From a virus (taxonomy: Duplodnaviria > Caudoviricetes), in the IMG/VR virus record IMGVR_UViG_3300033149_004981, positions 1 to 36,637 of that record: DNA of 36,637 nt; one strand, written 5' to 3'. Shown one piece after another: positions 35,137 to 36,637 of the stretch; positions within the stretch are counted from its first letter, which is position 1; each line of letters opens with the position of its first letter. The notes beneath the pieces were generated by a model. That model had not been told where the DNA came from, did no database searches, and saw only the letters and a program-made list of their open reading frames with translations. The translations under genes were made by a program, and so were the position numbers.

Positions 35137-35761
35137 ATTCATAGTTGTAGGATATTTTACCAGAAATACTTTTTATGAAGACTATGCCCAAATGCTCGTA
35201 AAATCCTTAAAACAATATAGTATTCCTTATTATATAGAAGGCACCGAGAATTTAGGAAGCTGGTTAAAAAATACCAATTACAAACCAACCTTTATAAAAG
35301 AAATGTTAATCAAATTTCCTAAACATAACATTGTATATGTAGATTGTGATGCCAAATTTTTAAGGTATCCAAAATTGTTTGAGGAAATAGAAAAGGATAT
35401 AGCTGTCCATTTGTTTAAGGGAATTGAAATTCTCAGTGGAACAATTTTCTTGAAGAATAAAATATCCTCCTATGAATTGGTAAAAAGGTGGGAAGAATTA
35501 TGTCGAAAGAAACCTCATCAATGGGACCAAAAATCCTTAGCAGAAGTATTAGGAAAGAATTTTTATAAATTACCGGTAGCATATTGTCAGATACTTAATA
35601 AAAAGAAAAGAATTAAAGATAGACAACTTGCGAGTTCTATTATTGTTCATTATCAAGCCTCCCGTAAGGTAAGAAACAATAGAGGGGTAATGTTAAAAAG
35701 TGCTTTACGGGAATCGTTGCCTCAGGTCCTTTCCAAAATTGTTTGTGCCTCCAAACACTGA
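35129..35761 (+). CDS. Nucleotide-diphospho-sugar transferase-like protein
   Basis: W..N..YKP.FI, VYVDCDA (DxD), LSGTIF, WDQ, LP..YC.I, HYQASR. Confidence 0.75.
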   Translation: MNEFIVVGYFTRNTFYEDYAQMLVKSLKQYSIPYYIEGTENLGSWLKNTNYKPTFIKEMLIKFPKHNIVYVDCDAKFLRYPKLFEEIEKDIAVHLFKGIEILSGTIFLKNKISSYELVKRWEELCRKKPHQWDQKSLAEVLGKNFYKLPVAYCQILNKKKRIKDRQLASSIIVHYQASRKVRNNRGVMLKSALRESLPQVLSKIVCASKH

Positions 35762-35773
35762 GGAACGATTCCC
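35709..35773. terminator. Large hairpin at the convergence of the late and leftward operons (terminator or sRNA)
   Basis: GGGAATCGTT-G-CCTCAG pairs with CTGAGG-AACGATTCCC; inner hairpin TGTTTG-TGCCTC-CAAACA. Confidence 0.6.
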
Positions 35774-35803
35774 TTATATTCATAATTCAATTACTTTTCT
35801 TAT

Positions 35804-35989
35804 TTATTTTGAGTTAGATGGTAAGGAGAATAAACTTTGTAGGTATATTTTGGTAAGCTCTAATGATTGATTTTTATTAAATCCTTCTTGAAGGCACCCT
35901 TCATAAAAAGAAAAAAGACATGGAACGAAATGCTTTTTCACCACCATTTGGGATTGTTCCATATTATGAATATCTTTTGGACCAATCAT
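35804..35989 (-). CDS. Hypothetical protein
   Basis: 61-aa ORF coupled by ATGA overlap to the upstream minus-strand gene; FY..C.QEGF...Q.LELT pattern. Confidence 0.65.
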   Translation of the reverse strand: MIGPKDIHNMEQSQMVVKKHFVPCLFSFYEGCLQEGFNKNQSLELTKIYLQSLFSLPSNSK

Positions 35990-36555
35990 AATTCAATTAC
36001 CTTTCCTGTTTGAAATGCTATTTCATGGGTTATTATTATGAATTGCACCTTAAAATCTCTCGATAACTCTTCCAACAATATTCTAACCTTTTCTCTATTT
36101 TGTAAATCTAAATTCCTAAAAGGTTCGTCCGCAATAATTATTCTTCTTAAAGTTGGTTTAGATAAAACAATACAAGCCAATCGTAAGGCAAGAGCGGCCA
36201 CATCTACTACCCCACCACTATCAGTATTTAATACATCCTCTATTTCATGTCCTTGTCTTAAAAGTAATAGATTGGCTTCCGTACGACCCCTTTTTCTTTC
36301 AAAACGAATTTTAAAACCATATTCTTCCCCGAATACTGCTTCCAGGCATTTACTAACCACTCCTTCAATCCTTTTGTGGGCTTGTTGCTGAACCATTTGT
36401 GCTATCTGTTGAGCGATGGTTTGGGCTTCTTCTATATAAGTCAATTCCTTTTCCGCTTGTTTGAGGTTCCTTTCTTCTTCTTTGCGTTGCTTCTTAATAG
36501 AATGTAAATCTCCAAGCAATTGATTTACTCTTTCTCTGGTTTTAAGTAGATTCAT
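35986..36555 (-). CDS. SbcC/Rad50-like ATPase, C-terminal half only
   Basis: Coiled coil, then SGG signature, Walker B IIIADEPF, D-loop LD and H-loop IITHE; no Walker A. Confidence 0.8.
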   Translation of the reverse strand: MNLLKTRERVNQLLGDLHSIKKQRKEEERNLKQAEKELTYIEEAQTIAQQIAQMVQQQAHKRIEGVVSKCLEAVFGEEYGFKIRFERKRGRTEANLLLLRQGHEIEDVLNTDSGGVVDVAALALRLACIVLSKPTLRRIIIADEPFRNLDLQNREKVRILLEELSRDFKVQFIIITHEIAFQTGKVIEL

Positions 36556-36637
36556 TTATCTGTTCTGTATGCCTTTCCCTGTAAAAGGTCCTCTATCCCT
36601 TGAAAGTATTGGATTTATGTGTTTTTGCTTTTTCTCC

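Noticed and set aside
380-35761. Stop-codon reassignment, introns, inteins or a diversity-generating retroelement
   Set aside because: Genes are full length in the standard code, TerL and portal have normal sizes, and I saw no reverse transcriptase or TR/VR pair.
36038-36391. + strand 117-aa ORF
   Set aside because: Antisense shadow of the SbcC-like gene.

Overview
Late (virion morphogenesis) region of an AT-rich tailed phage with a siphovirus-type, lambda-like tail tip. Nearly everything is on the + strand: small and large terminase, DUF1073-type portal, a MuF/SPP1-gp7 head protein carrying a C-terminal R-S-E ADP-ribosyltransferase, an accessory island, a DUF2213 head maturation protein with a likely nested scaffold, decoration protein, major capsid protein, neck genes interleaved with a Maf-like transferase and possible lysis genes, a fibre module, two tandem tail-terminator paralogues, tail tube, frameshifted G/GT chaperones, tape measure and gpM/L/K/I-J-like tip proteins with LamG insertions. 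A nine-gene glycan-modification cassette follows, and a converging SbcC-like gene closes the window. Three signals stand out. (1) A family of non-coding units made of an anti-Shine-Dalgarno motif plus a GC-rich hairpin: an array at 6250-6643 ending in a tRNA-like RNA, and similar units at 11952-12030 and 35693-35773, the last carrying a loop complementary to three late-gene RBSs. (2) The glycosyl/methyl/sulfotransferase cassette in the virion operon. (3) The head-associated ART with no adjacent immunity gene. All family assignments come from motif recognition and synteny, not from database searches.
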